Assembly: GCA_963711485.1 (NCBI GenBank)
Contig: CAVQEM010000084.1
Coordinates: forward strand, 50,180 to 114,179
Source of the DNA: an uncultured Actinomycetes bacterium
Lineage (GTDB): Bacteria > Actinomycetota > Actinomycetes > Streptosporangiales > Streptosporangiaceae
Direction: 5' to 3'
Length of the DNA: 64,000 nt
The position numbers and the translations under genes are program-made. The first letter of the stretch is position 1, and each line of letters starts with the position of its first letter. The notes under the pieces were generated by a model. The model worked only from the letters and a program-made list of their open reading frames with translations, ran no database searches and was not told the origin of the DNA. Below, piece after piece: positions 28,215 to 38,967 of this stretch.

Positions 28215-29624
28215 GTGATGGGAGCACGGGTGGCACGGCTCGTGGTGATCGGCGGCGGCGCCGCCGGGATGTCGGCCGCCTCGGCGGCCCGGCGCACCGA
28301 CCCCGGCCTCGACGTGGTGGTCTGCGAGGCAGGCGGCTTCGCCGCCTACGGCATGTGCGGGATCCCGTATTACCTGGGGGGCACCGTCGCAGCGCCGGAG
28401 GACTTGCTCGCCTATCCCCCGTCTGCCTTCCGCGAGGAGCGCGGCATCGACCTGCGGCTGCACACCCGGGTCACCGGGATCGACCCGGCCGCCCGGCAGG
28501 TGCGGCTGGCCGCCGGGACTCCCGCGGCGCAGGCTCCATCGGCCACCACGGGGGAGCCGCTGGCTTACGACGCGCTGGTGGTGACCAGCGGCGCCGACCC
28601 GGTCCGCCCGCCGATACCCGGCCTCGACGACCGCCGCGTGTTCACGATCCGGTCCCTGGACGAGGCGATCGGGCTGCGGCGGCTGCTGGCCAGCCGCACC
28701 ATGCGCCGCGCGGTCGTGGTGGGTGCCGGGTACGTCGGCCTGGAGACCGCGGAGGCCCTGGTCTGCGCGGGCGTGGACGTGGAGGTAGTCGAGGCGCTGC
28801 CCGGGGTGCTGGGCACCGTGGACGAGCCAGTCGCCGCGCTGGCCCAGGCCGAGGTCGAGCGGCACGTGAAGCTGCGGCTCGGCGCCCGGCTGGAGGCGGT
28901 GGACCAGGGCAGCACCCCGGCCGGCTGCCTGACCGCGGTGGTGGAAGGCGAGGAGATCCCCGCCGACGTGGTGGTCATCGCGGTTGGCGTCCGCCCCGCC
29001 ACGGACCTGCTGATCCAGGCGGGTGCCAGGCACCTGCCGGATGGGTCGGTGGTGGTGGACGCCGGGATGCGCACCTCGCTGCCGGACGTGTTCGCGGCGG
29101 GGGACGCGGTCGCGCTGCCGCACCTGGTGCTGGGCCGCCCCGCCTGGGTCCCGCTCGGTCCCGCCGCCAACAAGACCGGCCGGGTGGCCGGGACCGTGGC
29201 CGCCGGGGGGACCGCCTCGTTCCGGGGCGTGGTCGGCACCGCGGTGGTGAAGGTCTTCGACCTGGAGGTGGCCCGGACCGGGCTGGGGCTGGCCGAGGCG
29301 CAGGCGGCCGGGCTGGATGCGGTGGCGACCGACGAGGTGTCCCGGTCCCGGGCCAAGTACTACCCGGGCAGCTCGCCGCTGCACGTCCGGCTGGTGCACA
29401 CCCGGGAGGGGCGGCTGCTCGGCGGGCAGCTCGCGGGCCGGGAGGGCGCCGCCAAGCGTGTCGACGTGCTGGCCACCGCGCTGCATGCCGGGTTCAGCGT
29501 GGAGGACCTGGCGGCGCTCGACCTCAGCTACGCCCCGCCGTTCGCGCCGGTCTACGACCCGGTGCTGGCCGCCGCCATCAAAGCCACCCGCGGTCTGGCC
29601 GCGTTCACTGGAGGATCCCCATGA
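28215..29624 (+). CDS. FAD-dependent pyridine nucleotide-disulfide oxidoreductase, CoA-disulfide reductase / NADH oxidase class
   Basis: LVVIGGGAAGMSAA, a single active-site Cys in AAYGMCGIPYY, a second Rossmann VVVGAGYVGLE, and AAGD. Transcribed divergently from the ALDH. Confidence 0.75.
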   Translation: MMGARVARLVVIGGGAAGMSAASAARRTDPGLDVVVCEAGGFAAYGMCGIPYYLGGTVAAPEDLLAYPPSAFREERGIDLRLHTRVTGIDPAARQVRLAAGTPAAQAPSATTGEPLAYDALVVTSGADPVRPPIPGLDDRRVFTIRSLDEAIGLRRLLASRTMRRAVVVGAGYVGLETAEALVCAGVDVEVVEALPGVLGTVDEPVAALAQAEVERHVKLRLGARLEAVDQGSTPAGCLTAVVEGEEIPADVVVIAVGVRPATDLLIQAGARHLPDGSVVVDAGMRTSLPDVFAAGDAVALPHLVLGRPAWVPLGPAANKTGRVAGTVAAGGTASFRGVVGTAVVKVFDLEVARTGLGLAEAQAAGLDAVATDEVSRSRAKYYPGSSPLHVRLVHTREGRLLGGQLAGREGAAKRVDVLATALHAGFSVEDLAALDLSYAPPFAPVYDPVLAAAIKATRGLAAFTGGSP

Positions 29625-30553
29625 GCCTGCGCCCACCGGCCGACAAGCGGGCCAGCCTGGCCGACGCGGCCGCCCTGGTCATCGACGGCGCCATGGTCGC
29701 GCTCGGCGGTGGCCTGTCCGCCCGGCTGCCCATGGCCCTGGTCCGCGAGCTGGTCCGGCAGCGCCGGAGCGGCCTGCACCTGGTCGGGTCGGCGCACAGC
29801 ATCGACGTGGACATGCTCGTGGGTGCCGGGGCCGTCCGCCGGTGCGAGGAAAGTTACGTCGGCTTCGAGCAGGACCTCGGGCTGGCTCCCGCGTACCGCC
29901 GGGCCGCCGAGGAGGCCACGATCGAGGTGGCGGAGAGCTGCTGCGCCACGATCCTGGCCCAGCTGCGGGCGGCCGAGATGGGGGTGCCGTTCCTGCCCGT
30001 CCGCGGGGTCCGCGGCTCCGACATCGTCCGGCTGCACCCCGAGTACGCGGAGGTCACCTGCCCGTTTACCGGGGAGACACTGGTCGCCGTGCCCCCGCTG
30101 CGCCCCGATGTGGCGCTGCTGCACGCGCCGTCCGGGGACCGCTACGGCAACCTGCACCTGGAGCAGCCGTACGTGCTGGACGAGCGGTTCGCCTCCGCGT
30201 CACGGATGGTCATCGCGACCGTCGACGAGCTGGTCTCCACCGAGCAGGTGACCGCGGCAGGCGTCACCGTCCCCGGGCACCTGGTGGCGGCCGTCGCGCA
30301 CGTCCCGTTCGGGGCCCATCCGGCGTCCTGCTACCCGCGCTACGCCTATGACCGCAGCCACCTGCGTGAGTACGTGGCCGCGGCCCAGTCCGGGCCGGAG
30401 GGCCTGGACAAGTACCTGGCCGCCTACGTGCAGGACAGCGAGGAGAGCTACCGGGGCGCGATCGGCCCCGACCGGCTCTCCCGGCTGGCCGCCTGGTCCC
30501 GGTCCACCGACGCGTGGCAGGAGCTGTTCTCACAGGCGGGAGACTCCGCATGA
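29621..30553 (+). CDS. CoA-transferase subunit A (glutaconate-CoA-transferase-like)
   Basis: ASLADAAALVIDGAMVALGGG ... GDRYGNLHL. ATGA overlap with the upstream gene. Confidence 0.8.
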   Translation: MSLRPPADKRASLADAAALVIDGAMVALGGGLSARLPMALVRELVRQRRSGLHLVGSAHSIDVDMLVGAGAVRRCEESYVGFEQDLGLAPAYRRAAEEATIEVAESCCATILAQLRAAEMGVPFLPVRGVRGSDIVRLHPEYAEVTCPFTGETLVAVPPLRPDVALLHAPSGDRYGNLHLEQPYVLDERFASASRMVIATVDELVSTEQVTAAGVTVPGHLVAAVAHVPFGAHPASCYPRYAYDRSHLREYVAAAQSGPEGLDKYLAAYVQDSEESYRGAIGPDRLSRLAAWSRSTDAWQELFSQAGDSA

Positions 30554-31393
30554 GCTGGACCATCGACGAGTGGTTCGTGGTGGCGCTGGCCCGGACCATC
30601 CGGCCCCGGGAAACGGTGTTCCACGGCTTCGGCAGCCCGTGCGCACAGGTCGCGATGCACGTGGCCCGGCGCACCCACGCCCGGGACATGGTGCTGGTCG
30701 AGGGCGCCATGTACGCGATCAACCCCGACCCCCCGTTCATCCCGCCGACCAGCAACGACGACAGCCTGCGCCGGGGCGCGGCGTACAGCATGCGGTTCGA
30801 GGAGTTCTTCGACGCCGCGGTCCGCGGCGACGTGGACCGGATGTTCCTGTCCGGCGGGCAGATCGACGGGTACGGCAACACCAACGTCACCGCGATCGGG
30901 CCGGCTGGCCAGGCCGAAGGTGAAGCTGGGCGGCGGGGGCGGCGGCTGCAACCTGTCCGCCACCATCGGCCACCTCACGGTCTGGACCACCCGGCACCGC
31001 TCCGGCCGGACCCTGGTCCGCGACTGCGACTTCGTCACCGACATGGGCCACCGCACCCGGCTTGGCACCCGGGCCGAGCTCGGCTTCACCGGCGGCGGCC
31101 CGCAGTGGCTGGTCACCGAGCTGGGCGTGTTCGACTACCCGCAGGGGCAGGCCCGGCTGGTGCAGGTGTTCCCGGACGTCAGCGTGGCCGAGGTCCGCGC
31201 GGCCACCGGCTTCGCCCTGCAGGTGGCCGGGGACCTGCGCCCGGTCCCGCCGCCGTCGGTGTCCGAGCTGGCCGCGGTCCGCTCGGTGGACCCGCTCGGA
31301 GTCCGGACATCGGAGTTCTCCCCGAAGGAGCTGGCCAGAGTCTTCGAGAGCAGGGCGTCCGTCCAGGGGCACGGCCAGGACTGCGCATGCTGA
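30550..31393 (+). CDS. CoA-transferase subunit B, frame break near 30910
   Basis: The N-terminal half is in the frame of 30550 (...GQIDGYGNTNVTAIGPAGQ). The C-terminal half is in the frame of 30920 (KVKLGGGGGGCNLSATIGHLTVWTTRH...). ATGA overlap with subunit A. Confidence 0.7.
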
Positions 31394-33567
31394 ACGGCCG
31401 GGACGGCCTGGCGGCGGTGTTCGCGCCGCGCCGGGTCGCCCTGGTCGGGGCGTCCGCCCGGCCCGGCTCGGTCGGCCGGCTGCTGTGGGACAACCTGGCC
31501 GGCTTCCCCGGCGACGTCGTGCCGGTGGGCCAGGCGGCCCGTGTCGGCGGCCTGGTGGCCTACCCTGGCCTGCGGGACGTTCCCGGCGACGTGGACCTGG
31601 CCGTGGTCGCCACGCCTGCCGCCACCGTCCCGGGCATCGTCCGGGACGCCGCGAGCAAAGGCGTCGCCGCCGTGGTCGTGCTCAGCGCGGGCTTCGCGGA
31701 GACCGGCGACGAGGGCGCGCACCTGCAGGCCGAGGCGGTAGCCGCCGCCCGGGCGGGCGGGGTGCGGCTGGTCGGCCCCAACTGCTTCGGGGTGCAGAAC
31801 GCCGACCTGCCGCTGAACGCCTCGATCGCGGCCGGCATGCCGCGCGGCGGCGGGGGCGTCACGATCGTCACCCAGTCCGGGTCGTACGGGATGGCCGTGC
31901 ACGCGCTGGGCCAGGACGAGGGCCTGCGCGTGGCCAAGGTGTTCGCGGCCGGCAACAAGGCGGACATCACCGACGCGGAACTGCTCGCGTACCTGAGGCG
32001 GGACCCGGGCACCTCGGTTATCTGCCTGGTGCTCGAGTCGATCACCGACGCCCGCGGGTTCTTCAGGGAAGCCTGCCTGACCACACCGGACAAGCCGGTC
32101 GTCGCGGTCGTGGGCGGCCGGACCAGCGCCGGGCAGCGGGCCGCCATGTCGCACACCGCCGCCCTGGCCACCGACGACGCGGTCCGCGACGCGGCGCTGC
32201 GCCAGGCGGGCGTGGTCCGGGTGCGCACCGGCCTGCAGGTGCTCGACGCGGCCCGGGCCCTGTCCAGCCAGCCGGTGCCCCGCGGCGGCCGGGTGGCAGT
32301 GGTCACCAACTCCGGCGGCACCGGGGTGGAGCTGACCGACCTGCTCGCCGACGAGGGCCTGGCGGTCCCGGAGCTGAGCGGGACCCTGCAGAAAGAGCTC
32401 CGGGCCATCATGCCGGCCTACGCCAGCGCCCGGAATCCGGTGGACATGACGCCGGCCTGGAAGCTGTTCACCACCGTGTACCCGGGCGCGATCGAGATGC
32501 TGGCCCGGTCGGGCGAGGTCAACGTGGTCGTGCCGGTGTTGCTGCAGCGGTCCGCGTCGGCCGGGGTCGCGGCCGCGGTCCGGGACGCGGTGGAGCGGCT
32601 GCGGGCGGACCGGGTGCCGGTGCCGGTCTACGTGTGCTGGGTCGCGCCGCGGTCCGCGGATGAGCACGCCCGGGTGCTGCACGAGGCCGGGGTGCCGTGC
32701 TTCGCGTGGCCGGAGCGGACGGCGCGGGTGGTGGGCGTGGCGGTGCGCTGCGGTGCCGGGCTGCGGCGGGAGAAAGACCAGACGCCCGGTACTCGGGCAC
32801 CGGGCACTGAAAACCCGCCCCCGGGGACGGAGACCGGGGCACCGGTGGACGTGCGCGCGCCGGGGCGGCGCGCGCACGTCCACCGGGCACCCCGGCCTGC
32901 CCTCGATGGCCCCGCCGCGCCCCTGCGGGGCTCCCCGGCGAACGGTTTCCTGTCGCCGGCCACCGCGCGCGACGTGCTGGCCGAGGCTGGGATTCCGGTG
33001 ATCGAGACCGTCCTTTGCGGCAGTCCGGAGGAGGCAGCCGCGGCCGCGCAGCGGCTCGGCTACCCCGCGGTGGCGAAGGTCGATCACCCGGACCTGATCC
33101 ACAAGAGCGATGCCGGCGGGGTGCGCCTGGGACTGGCCTCGGCGGACGAGGTCGCCGGAGCGGCGGCCGAGCTGCTCGGGCTGGCGGAGGGGGCAGGAAT
33201 ACTGGTGCAACGCCAGCATCAGGGGGTGGAGCTGCTGGTCGGCGGGATCCGGGACCCGGAGTTCGGGGCCATGGTGATGGCCGGCCTGGGCGGCGTGCTG
33301 GCCGAGACTCAGCGTGACGTGCAGCTGGCCGTGGCCCCGGTGGATACCGGGCAGGCCCGGGCGATGCTGTCGTCGTTGCGGGGCGCCGCGATCCTCGGCG
33401 GGCTGCGCGGCAGTCCGCCGGTCCACCTGGGTTTCGTTGCGGAAATTATCGTGGCCGTCGGCGACCTTATGGCTGCGCACCCTGAGATCGCCGAGCTCGA
33501 CCTGAACCCGGTACTGGCTGGGCCCGACGGGTGCGTGGCCGTCGACTGGCGGATTGGCACCCGGTGA
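31387..33567 (+). CDS. ADP-forming acyl-CoA synthetase (CoA-binding + succinyl-CoA-ligase-like + ATP-grasp)
   Basis: RRVALVGASARPGSVG, LVGPNCFGV, TQSGSYG, and C-terminal ATP-grasp GYPAVAKVDHPDLIHKSDAGGV. Overlaps subunit B by 7 nt. Confidence 0.8.
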   Translation: MLNGRDGLAAVFAPRRVALVGASARPGSVGRLLWDNLAGFPGDVVPVGQAARVGGLVAYPGLRDVPGDVDLAVVATPAATVPGIVRDAASKGVAAVVVLSAGFAETGDEGAHLQAEAVAAARAGGVRLVGPNCFGVQNADLPLNASIAAGMPRGGGGVTIVTQSGSYGMAVHALGQDEGLRVAKVFAAGNKADITDAELLAYLRRDPGTSVICLVLESITDARGFFREACLTTPDKPVVAVVGGRTSAGQRAAMSHTAALATDDAVRDAALRQAGVVRVRTGLQVLDAARALSSQPVPRGGRVAVVTNSGGTGVELTDLLADEGLAVPELSGTLQKELRAIMPAYASARNPVDMTPAWKLFTTVYPGAIEMLARSGEVNVVVPVLLQRSASAGVAAAVRDAVERLRADRVPVPVYVCWVAPRSADEHARVLHEAGVPCFAWPERTARVVGVAVRCGAGLRREKDQTPGTRAPGTENPPPGTETGAPVDVRAPGRRAHVHRAPRPALDGPAAPLRGSPANGFLSPATARDVLAEAGIPVIETVLCGSPEEAAAAAQRLGYPAVAKVDHPDLIHKSDAGGVRLGLASADEVAGAAAELLGLAEGAGILVQRQHQGVELLVGGIRDPEFGAMVMAGLGGVLAETQRDVQLAVAPVDTGQARAMLSSLRGAAILGGLRGSPPVHLGFVAEIIVAVGDLMAAHPEIAELDLNPVLAGPDGCVAVDWRIGTR

Positions 33568-33627
33568 TCACTGCAGGCCGGCTGGCCGCCGCGGCCGGGA
33601 GGGTGGTTGCCCTGGCGGCCGGCGACG

Positions 33628-35079
33628 TCAGGCCGGGGTCCCCTGGATGGTCGTGAACCCCTGGAAGTGGCCGTTGAGTACGTGTCCGGCCAGGGCCAGC
33701 AGGTCGGCCTCGGAGAACGGCTTCTCCACGAGGGCCACGCCCGGGTCGAGCCTGCCCTGGGAGGCGAGGACGGGCCGGGCGTAGCCGGACATGAAGATCA
33801 CTTCGATCCCTGGTTTGAGCAACCGCATTTTCTCGGCGACCTCCTTGCCGAGCATGTGCGGCATGACCACGTCGGTGACCAGCAGGTGGATCTCGCCCGG
33901 GTGGCCAGTGGCGATGCTGAGGGCCTCCGGGCCGTTCGCGGCGGTGATCACCTGGTAGCCGTTACGGCTGAAGATCCGCCTGGTCACCTCGCGCAGCGCT
34001 TCCTCATCCTCAACGACCAGGACCGTCTCTCCCTTGGGTGCCCGCTGGTACGGCATGGGCTCTGCGATCGGGGCGGCTCCCTCGGCGGTGGCAGGCAGCG
34101 TGATGATGAAGGTCGTGCCGTGGCCAGGTTCGGAGTAGATCCGGATGTCCCCGTCGGCCTGGGTCAGGATCCCGTAGACGGTGGCCAGGCCGAGCCCGGT
34201 TCCGCCGCCGTCCGGCTTGGTGGTGAAGAACGGCTCGAATACGTGCTGCGCAACGCCGGCTGGCATTCCGATGCCGGTGTCGCTGACCCGCAGCCGCACG
34301 TTCCGGCCCTTCTGCGCCCTGGATCCCCCGGCGATGGCGTCAGCGTCGACGGTGATGTTGCCGGTGTCGATGGTCAGCGTGCCGCCGGCGGGCATGGCGT
34401 CACGGGCATTGACCGCGAGATTCACCAGCACCTGCTCCAGCTGGCCAGGATCGGCCAGCACCGGCCACAGGTCACCGGCCAGCGAGGTGACCAGCTCGAC
34501 ATGCTCCCCGATGGTGCGGCTCAGCAGTTCCTCCACCGCGGTGATGACGGTGTCGATGTCGAGGACCTGCGGCCGGATCACGTCGCGCCGGGCGAAGACG
34601 AGCAGTTGGTGGGTCAGCCCGGCCGCCCGTTCGGCGGCCTTCTTGATCTGCTCGAGGTCAGCGCTGGCCGACGCCAGGTGCCGGGCCGGGTCAGGCCCGG
34701 CCGCGGCGGCGACGTCCTCGGAGACGAAGGACACGTAGTTGAGGATCACGGCGAGCAGGTTGTTGAAGTCGTGCGCGACGCCCCCGGCGAGCTGGCCGAG
34801 GCTTTCCAGGCGCTGGGCCTGCGCCTGCAGTCGCCCTTTCCGCTCCAGGGACTCCCGGGCATCGCCGCGCTCGGTGCCGGCGCTGGCCGCAGCCGTCTCC
34901 CCGGGGCCGGGCTGGCCGGCGCATGGCCACTCGCTGTCGGCTGGGCCATGTGAATCATCTCCAGACTGGCCGGGAGGCGCCTGCCGCGCCGGGGGCAGCC
35001 GATCAGCACGTGCCGGGCCCTCGGGACAGGGAAGGCTTTCCCTCCGGGCACCTCGGGCCGGCCGTGCGCACGCAACCAA
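33628..35079 (-). CDS. hybrid histidine kinase / response regulator with no recognisable sensor domain (start uncertain)
   Basis: HisKA LGQLAGGVAHDFNNLL, HATPase DTGIGM..GTGLGLA, and C-terminal receiver VLVVEDEE...VTDVVMP. Confidence 0.75.
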   Translation of the reverse strand: MVACARPARGARRESLPCPEGPARADRLPPARQAPPGQSGDDSHGPADSEWPCAGQPGPGETAAASAGTERGDARESLERKGRLQAQAQRLESLGQLAGGVAHDFNNLLAVILNYVSFVSEDVAAAAGPDPARHLASASADLEQIKKAAERAAGLTHQLLVFARRDVIRPQVLDIDTVITAVEELLSRTIGEHVELVTSLAGDLWPVLADPGQLEQVLVNLAVNARDAMPAGGTLTIDTGNITVDADAIAGGSRAQKGRNVRLRVSDTGIGMPAGVAQHVFEPFFTTKPDGGGTGLGLATVYGILTQADGDIRIYSEPGHGTTFIITLPATAEGAAPIAEPMPYQRAPKGETVLVVEDEEALREVTRRIFSRNGYQVITAANGPEALSIATGHPGEIHLLVTDVVMPHMLGKEVAEKMRLLKPGIEVIFMSGYARPVLASQGRLDPGVALVEKPFSEADLLALAGHVLNGHFQGFTTIQGTPA

Positions 35080-35093
35080 GCTGTGCCGCGCCG

Positions 35094-35165
35094 CGACGGC
35101 ACCGGCCCGGACGACGGCACCGGCCCTGACGACGGCACCGGCCGGGGCGACGGCACCGGGCCAGG
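35094..35165. repeat. 4 x 18-nt tandem repeat (cgacggcaccggcccgga-like)
   Basis: Read directly. Lies just upstream of, or within the 5' end of, the hybrid kinase gene. Confidence 0.85.
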
Positions 35166-35458
35166 ATTGTTACTAAAAGTAAAGACTATCAGACTCTGGG
35201 TAGTCACCTGAGCCGGCGGGCAGCGGCACTCACCGGCGGGACGATCCGCCGCCGGCCGTCCCGGGAGGGGTACGCCTGGCTGGCCTGACGGACATCACAT
35301 CACGTCACGTCACCGGGGCGCCCCCTGCCCGGCCCGGGGCAAAGCATTGCGACTCGGGCCGTATTGCCCCGCCAGCCGCCGGATCCGGTGGCAAACGGAT
35401 CGGGGAAAACCCTCATCCAGGACAGGCCGCAATTCTCTGGGGCACAGGCGGCGATTTC

Positions 35459-36432
35459 TTGACACTGGCTATGAAGGCACAAAGACCCAGCAATAAATCC
35501 GCGGGAGCTGTCATGAATACCAATCGGAACCCATCGCCGGAAGACGCCCGAAATCCGTCCGGCGAGGCGAGTGCCCCGGCCGGCCACTCTCGCGCCCGGG
35601 GGTGGCGCCCGCGCACGATCCGGGCGAAGGTCAGCATCGGAGCAGTCGCCGCGGCCGGTGCCACCGGCCTGGCGCTGGCCCTGGTCGCGGGCCCGGCCGG
35701 CGCCGCGACCAAGCCGGTCTGGACCATGACCGCCGGGAACGTCCAGACGCTGAGCCAGACCGACCCCAGCATCGCGTCGTACTTCTTCAACACCCCCGCG
35801 GCTTACGGCGAGGGGGCCAGCCTGGTGCACACGCCTGTCCAGGCCGGGTACGCCACCACGCCGGTGCTGTCGTACACGTCCTACGCCCAGTTCGCCTCCG
35901 ACATCCAGAGCGGCGCCATCACCTACCCCTACAAGTGGGTCATGTACGACCCGGAGGAGTGGTCCGCCACCCCGGTCAGCGAGCAGCAGGACCCGGCCAG
36001 GTACATGACCCTGTTCGGCCAGCTGGCCCACGCCCACGGGCTGAAGGTCATCCAGGCTCCCGCCCTGGACCTGGCGTACGTCACGGGCTCTGTCCTCCCA
36101 CGGCAGCCAGGCGAGACGGCCGACCAGTGGTACATCCGGGTCAACATCGCCGGGTCGGCCGCGGCCGCGGGTGACATCTTCGTGCTCCAGGACGAGTCGA
36201 ACACCACCGCCGGGGGCAGTACGCGTACATGTTCAACACGACCGAGACCCAGGCGCAGGCCGCGAACTCCAGCATCCAGGCGTTCTCCGAGGTCTCGACG
36301 TCCAACGGGACCGCGGCCCAGATGGCCACGGCGGCCCAGTCCATCAGCCCGGCTGGCTTCTATGTCGCGGCCGCGGGGAACATGCCCCAGACTGACCAGT
36401 TCTTCCAGCTGATGAAGACCGCAGGCTACTGA
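35459..36432 (+). CDS. secreted hypothetical protein, frame break at the G5 run 36212-36216
   Basis: Signal-like RTIRAKVSIGAVAAAGATGLALALVAGPAGAA. The frame of 35459 continues into the frame of 36229 (QYAYMFNTTETQAQAANS...). Confidence 0.5.
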
Positions 36433-36533
36433 CAAGCGGCAGGTTTTCTGAGGCAACCGCACCCGCTCCGCGGGCCCGGCACCGGCCGGCCCGCGGAGCG
36501 GCATGTTCGCGTCCCGGTGCTGGGCGGCTGCGC

Positions 36534-37523
36534 TCAGCCGAACGATCTCACCCCGGCGCGGAAGGCCGCGACCGCGGCCGGGTGATCATCCAGCCGCCAG
36601 TCCTGGTGGTAGGGCCCCCGATGCTGGTTCGCGTCGAAGTAAAGCAGGCCCAGCAGGTGATCGCGGCGGATGCCGGCGAACAGGCCGTGAATCTTCGCGG
36701 CCTGCCCGGCGCGCGGCCCGATGCCGACCTCGGAGAGAAGGACCGGCTTGCCGGTGAACTTCCGGATGTTTCTCACGGCCTTGCCGATGACGGTCCCGAA
36801 CGTGTCGGCCGGCCTGACGTAGTAGCCATCGATGCCGACCCAGTCCACGTAGCGGGGGCCCGGCCACCAGTTCCGGACGCGCGCCATGGCGTGGCCGTTC
36901 CCGCTCATGACCCACAGCCAGGTCACGTTGGTTGCGCCGGACCGGCGGAACACCTCTACGACATGCCGCCATGCCGCCACCCACTGGGCGGGGCTCGCAT
37001 GGCGCCAACCCCAGGGGTACCAGCGGCCATCCGCCTCGGGGGCGAAGCTTATGATGACGTGGCCGCCGTAGTGGCGGACCGCCGCAGCGAACCGGCGCAG
37101 GTAGCGGTCTGAGTTCCCGGCGGCGATGGCGGCCATGGATTGGTGCCAGGGCTCCATGTGCACCAGCACCACGGCTCCGGCCCGCGCAGCCGCGGTCGCA
37201 AAGTGGGCCCGGAACGGCGTGCCCCAGCTGCTGTAGTAGACGGTGAGGTTGGGCTTGCGGCCGGCCACCGGGGAAAAGAGCGTCGCCGGCCGGTAGGTAC
37301 TGGATGAATCACGCTCGAAGACGCCCAGGTAGTGCATCGGGCCAGGGTTGCCGATGGCCGCCTCGGGAGAGGGTGCGGATCTGGCCGCCGGAAGCGCGAC
37401 CAGGCGCCCGCGCTCGCGGGCTGGTTCGTGCCGGTACAGCCACAGGGCCGAGCCCGCACCGGTGACCGTGATGGTCACCCCCACCGCCGCGATGAGCGCC
37501 GCCACGAGCCTAGCTCTGTTCAC
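36534..37523 (-). CDS. GH26-like glycoside hydrolase with N-terminal TM anchor
   Basis: GTG at 37523 overlaps the upstream stop (GTGA). ISFAPEADGRWYPWGW resembles the GH26 catalytic block. Confidence 0.65.
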   Translation of the reverse strand: MNRARLVAALIAAVGVTITVTGAGSALWLYRHEPARERGRLVALPAARSAPSPEAAIGNPGPMHYLGVFERDSSSTYRPATLFSPVAGRKPNLTVYYSSWGTPFRAHFATAAARAGAVVLVHMEPWHQSMAAIAAGNSDRYLRRFAAAVRHYGGHVIISFAPEADGRWYPWGWRHASPAQWVAAWRHVVEVFRRSGATNVTWLWVMSGNGHAMARVRNWWPGPRYVDWVGIDGYYVRPADTFGTVIGKAVRNIRKFTGKPVLLSEVGIGPRAGQAAKIHGLFAGIRRDHLLGLLYFDANQHRGPYHQDWRLDDHPAAVAAFRAGVRSFG

Positions 37524-38967
37524 AGACGAGCACCTCCACCGGGGGGCAGGGGGCCGGAAAGAGTCACTTCCACCTTCTTGCGGGTCACCCAGCCCTGACG
37601 ATGACAGGTGGCCATGCCGTAGAAGCGGATCTGGCGCAGCACCAGGAGGTACCACAGGGCCGCGAAGGGGAGCAGCGCCGTTGAGGCAAGCCAGGTGGGC
37701 CACCGCTGGTCGGAGCGGCTGACGGTGACCAGGCGCAGTGCCACCGCCAGCGGCCAGGCGACCAGGGCGAGGCAACTGGCGAAGACCAGGTTGCGGGTGG
37801 CCGGCCAGGCGAACGGCACCGCCAGGGACACCGCGGCCGACGCGAAGAAGGCGTACTGCTGGTACACCACGAACCACCAGGCATAGGAACGCATCCGCAG
37901 ATAGCGAATCCGCCATAGCGTCCGGATCGTGGAGGCGCGCATCCAGCGTGTCCACTGGCGCAGGTGGTGTGACAGCGTCTCCGGGTACACCGGCATCGAC
38001 ACCGCCGTGGGCTGGTGGACGGCCCGTCCGTGCAGCAGGGAGAACATGCTCAGGGCGGTGTCATCGCCCAGGGTCACCGGCACCCGAAGAATTTCTCTTC
38101 CAGGTACGCGGGCAGGCTCTTGTGAATCAGCCACCCCCGGTAGAGCGAGAACGCACCGGGGTTAATCACCACATTCCCCCCGGCAACGCTCTGCGCACTC
38201 ATGGCGAAAAGCTGGAAAGCGAGGGAGCGCAGGCCCATGGCCCGGGTGAGAACGTTGGTGGTCAGGTTGTAGGCCATCTCCAGACCCGCCACGGAGGTCA
38301 CTTCACGGGAGGCGAAAGGTTTGAGTCCTTCCTCGATGGCCCGCTGCTCGAGAGCGGAGTCTGAATCCATCGTGGCGTAGATGTCGGCATAGGGCACCGC
38401 GCGGAAAGCCGCCGCCTGCGCGTGCTTCTTGCCCTGGTTCTCCTGGCGTATCCAGATGAATTCCGTGACGGAAAGGTGGGTCTGCCAGCGGGCCCGGACA
38501 TCGGCGTAATCAGCCGTGGAGCCATCATCGACCACGATCACCCAGTCCGGCGCGCGGGTCTGGGAGAACAGGGCGTAGATGGTCCGGTCGAGGATGGCGG
38601 GATCCTCGTTGTAGCAGGGGACCACCGCGGCGACCTTCAGCCGGTCCAGCTTGGCGCGCTGCGCGTCCGTCACGGTGAAGGGACGCTGGAACCAGGCCAG
38701 GAGGAGCTGGGAGAGCACGAAACCGAGGCTGACCGCCCACACGCCAAGCATCCAGCTCTCGCCCGGGGAGAACCGGCCTAGGACCGTCCGGTGCAGGAAG
38801 ACCGAGCCCGCCACGATCATGGCGACCGGGATGATCGCCAATCCCCGGCGCGGCCGGAAAGTGACACGGGGAATCTGGAAGCTGCGGCTGCGGGTTAAGG
38901 CTCCATCGCCGCCTTCCCACGGCGGAAGAACAGCCGTATTGTCAGTGTTAGCAACAGGGTCGAACAC
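37520..38967 (-). CDS. processive family-2 glycosyltransferase (polysaccharide synthase type), frame break near 38083
   Basis: VVPCYNED and VVDDGST in the frame of 38967, then PVTLGDDTALS, QWTRWMRAS (QxxRW) and TM helices in the frame of 38134. The break is at a G/C homopolymer. Confidence 0.7.

Noticed and set aside
26556-29636. 1026-aa ORF on the minus strand covering the ALDH and the region antisense to the CoADR-like gene
   Set aside because: Only the last 508 codons (from MTERSS at 28082) look like an aldehyde dehydrogenase. The upstream 518 codons are Arg/Gly/Pro-rich antisense read-through, typical of stop-poor high-GC DNA, and they overlap a well-supported plus-strand gene.
28199-33567. 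Very long plus-strand ORFs 28199..30553 (784 aa) and 30514..33567 (1017 aa) as single multi-domain proteins
   Set aside because: Each is a composite. Out-of-frame Arg/Pro-rich translation precedes the real genes, which start at 29621 and 31387. Internal ATG starts with ATGA or overlap coupling, together with domain boundaries, fit separate genes.
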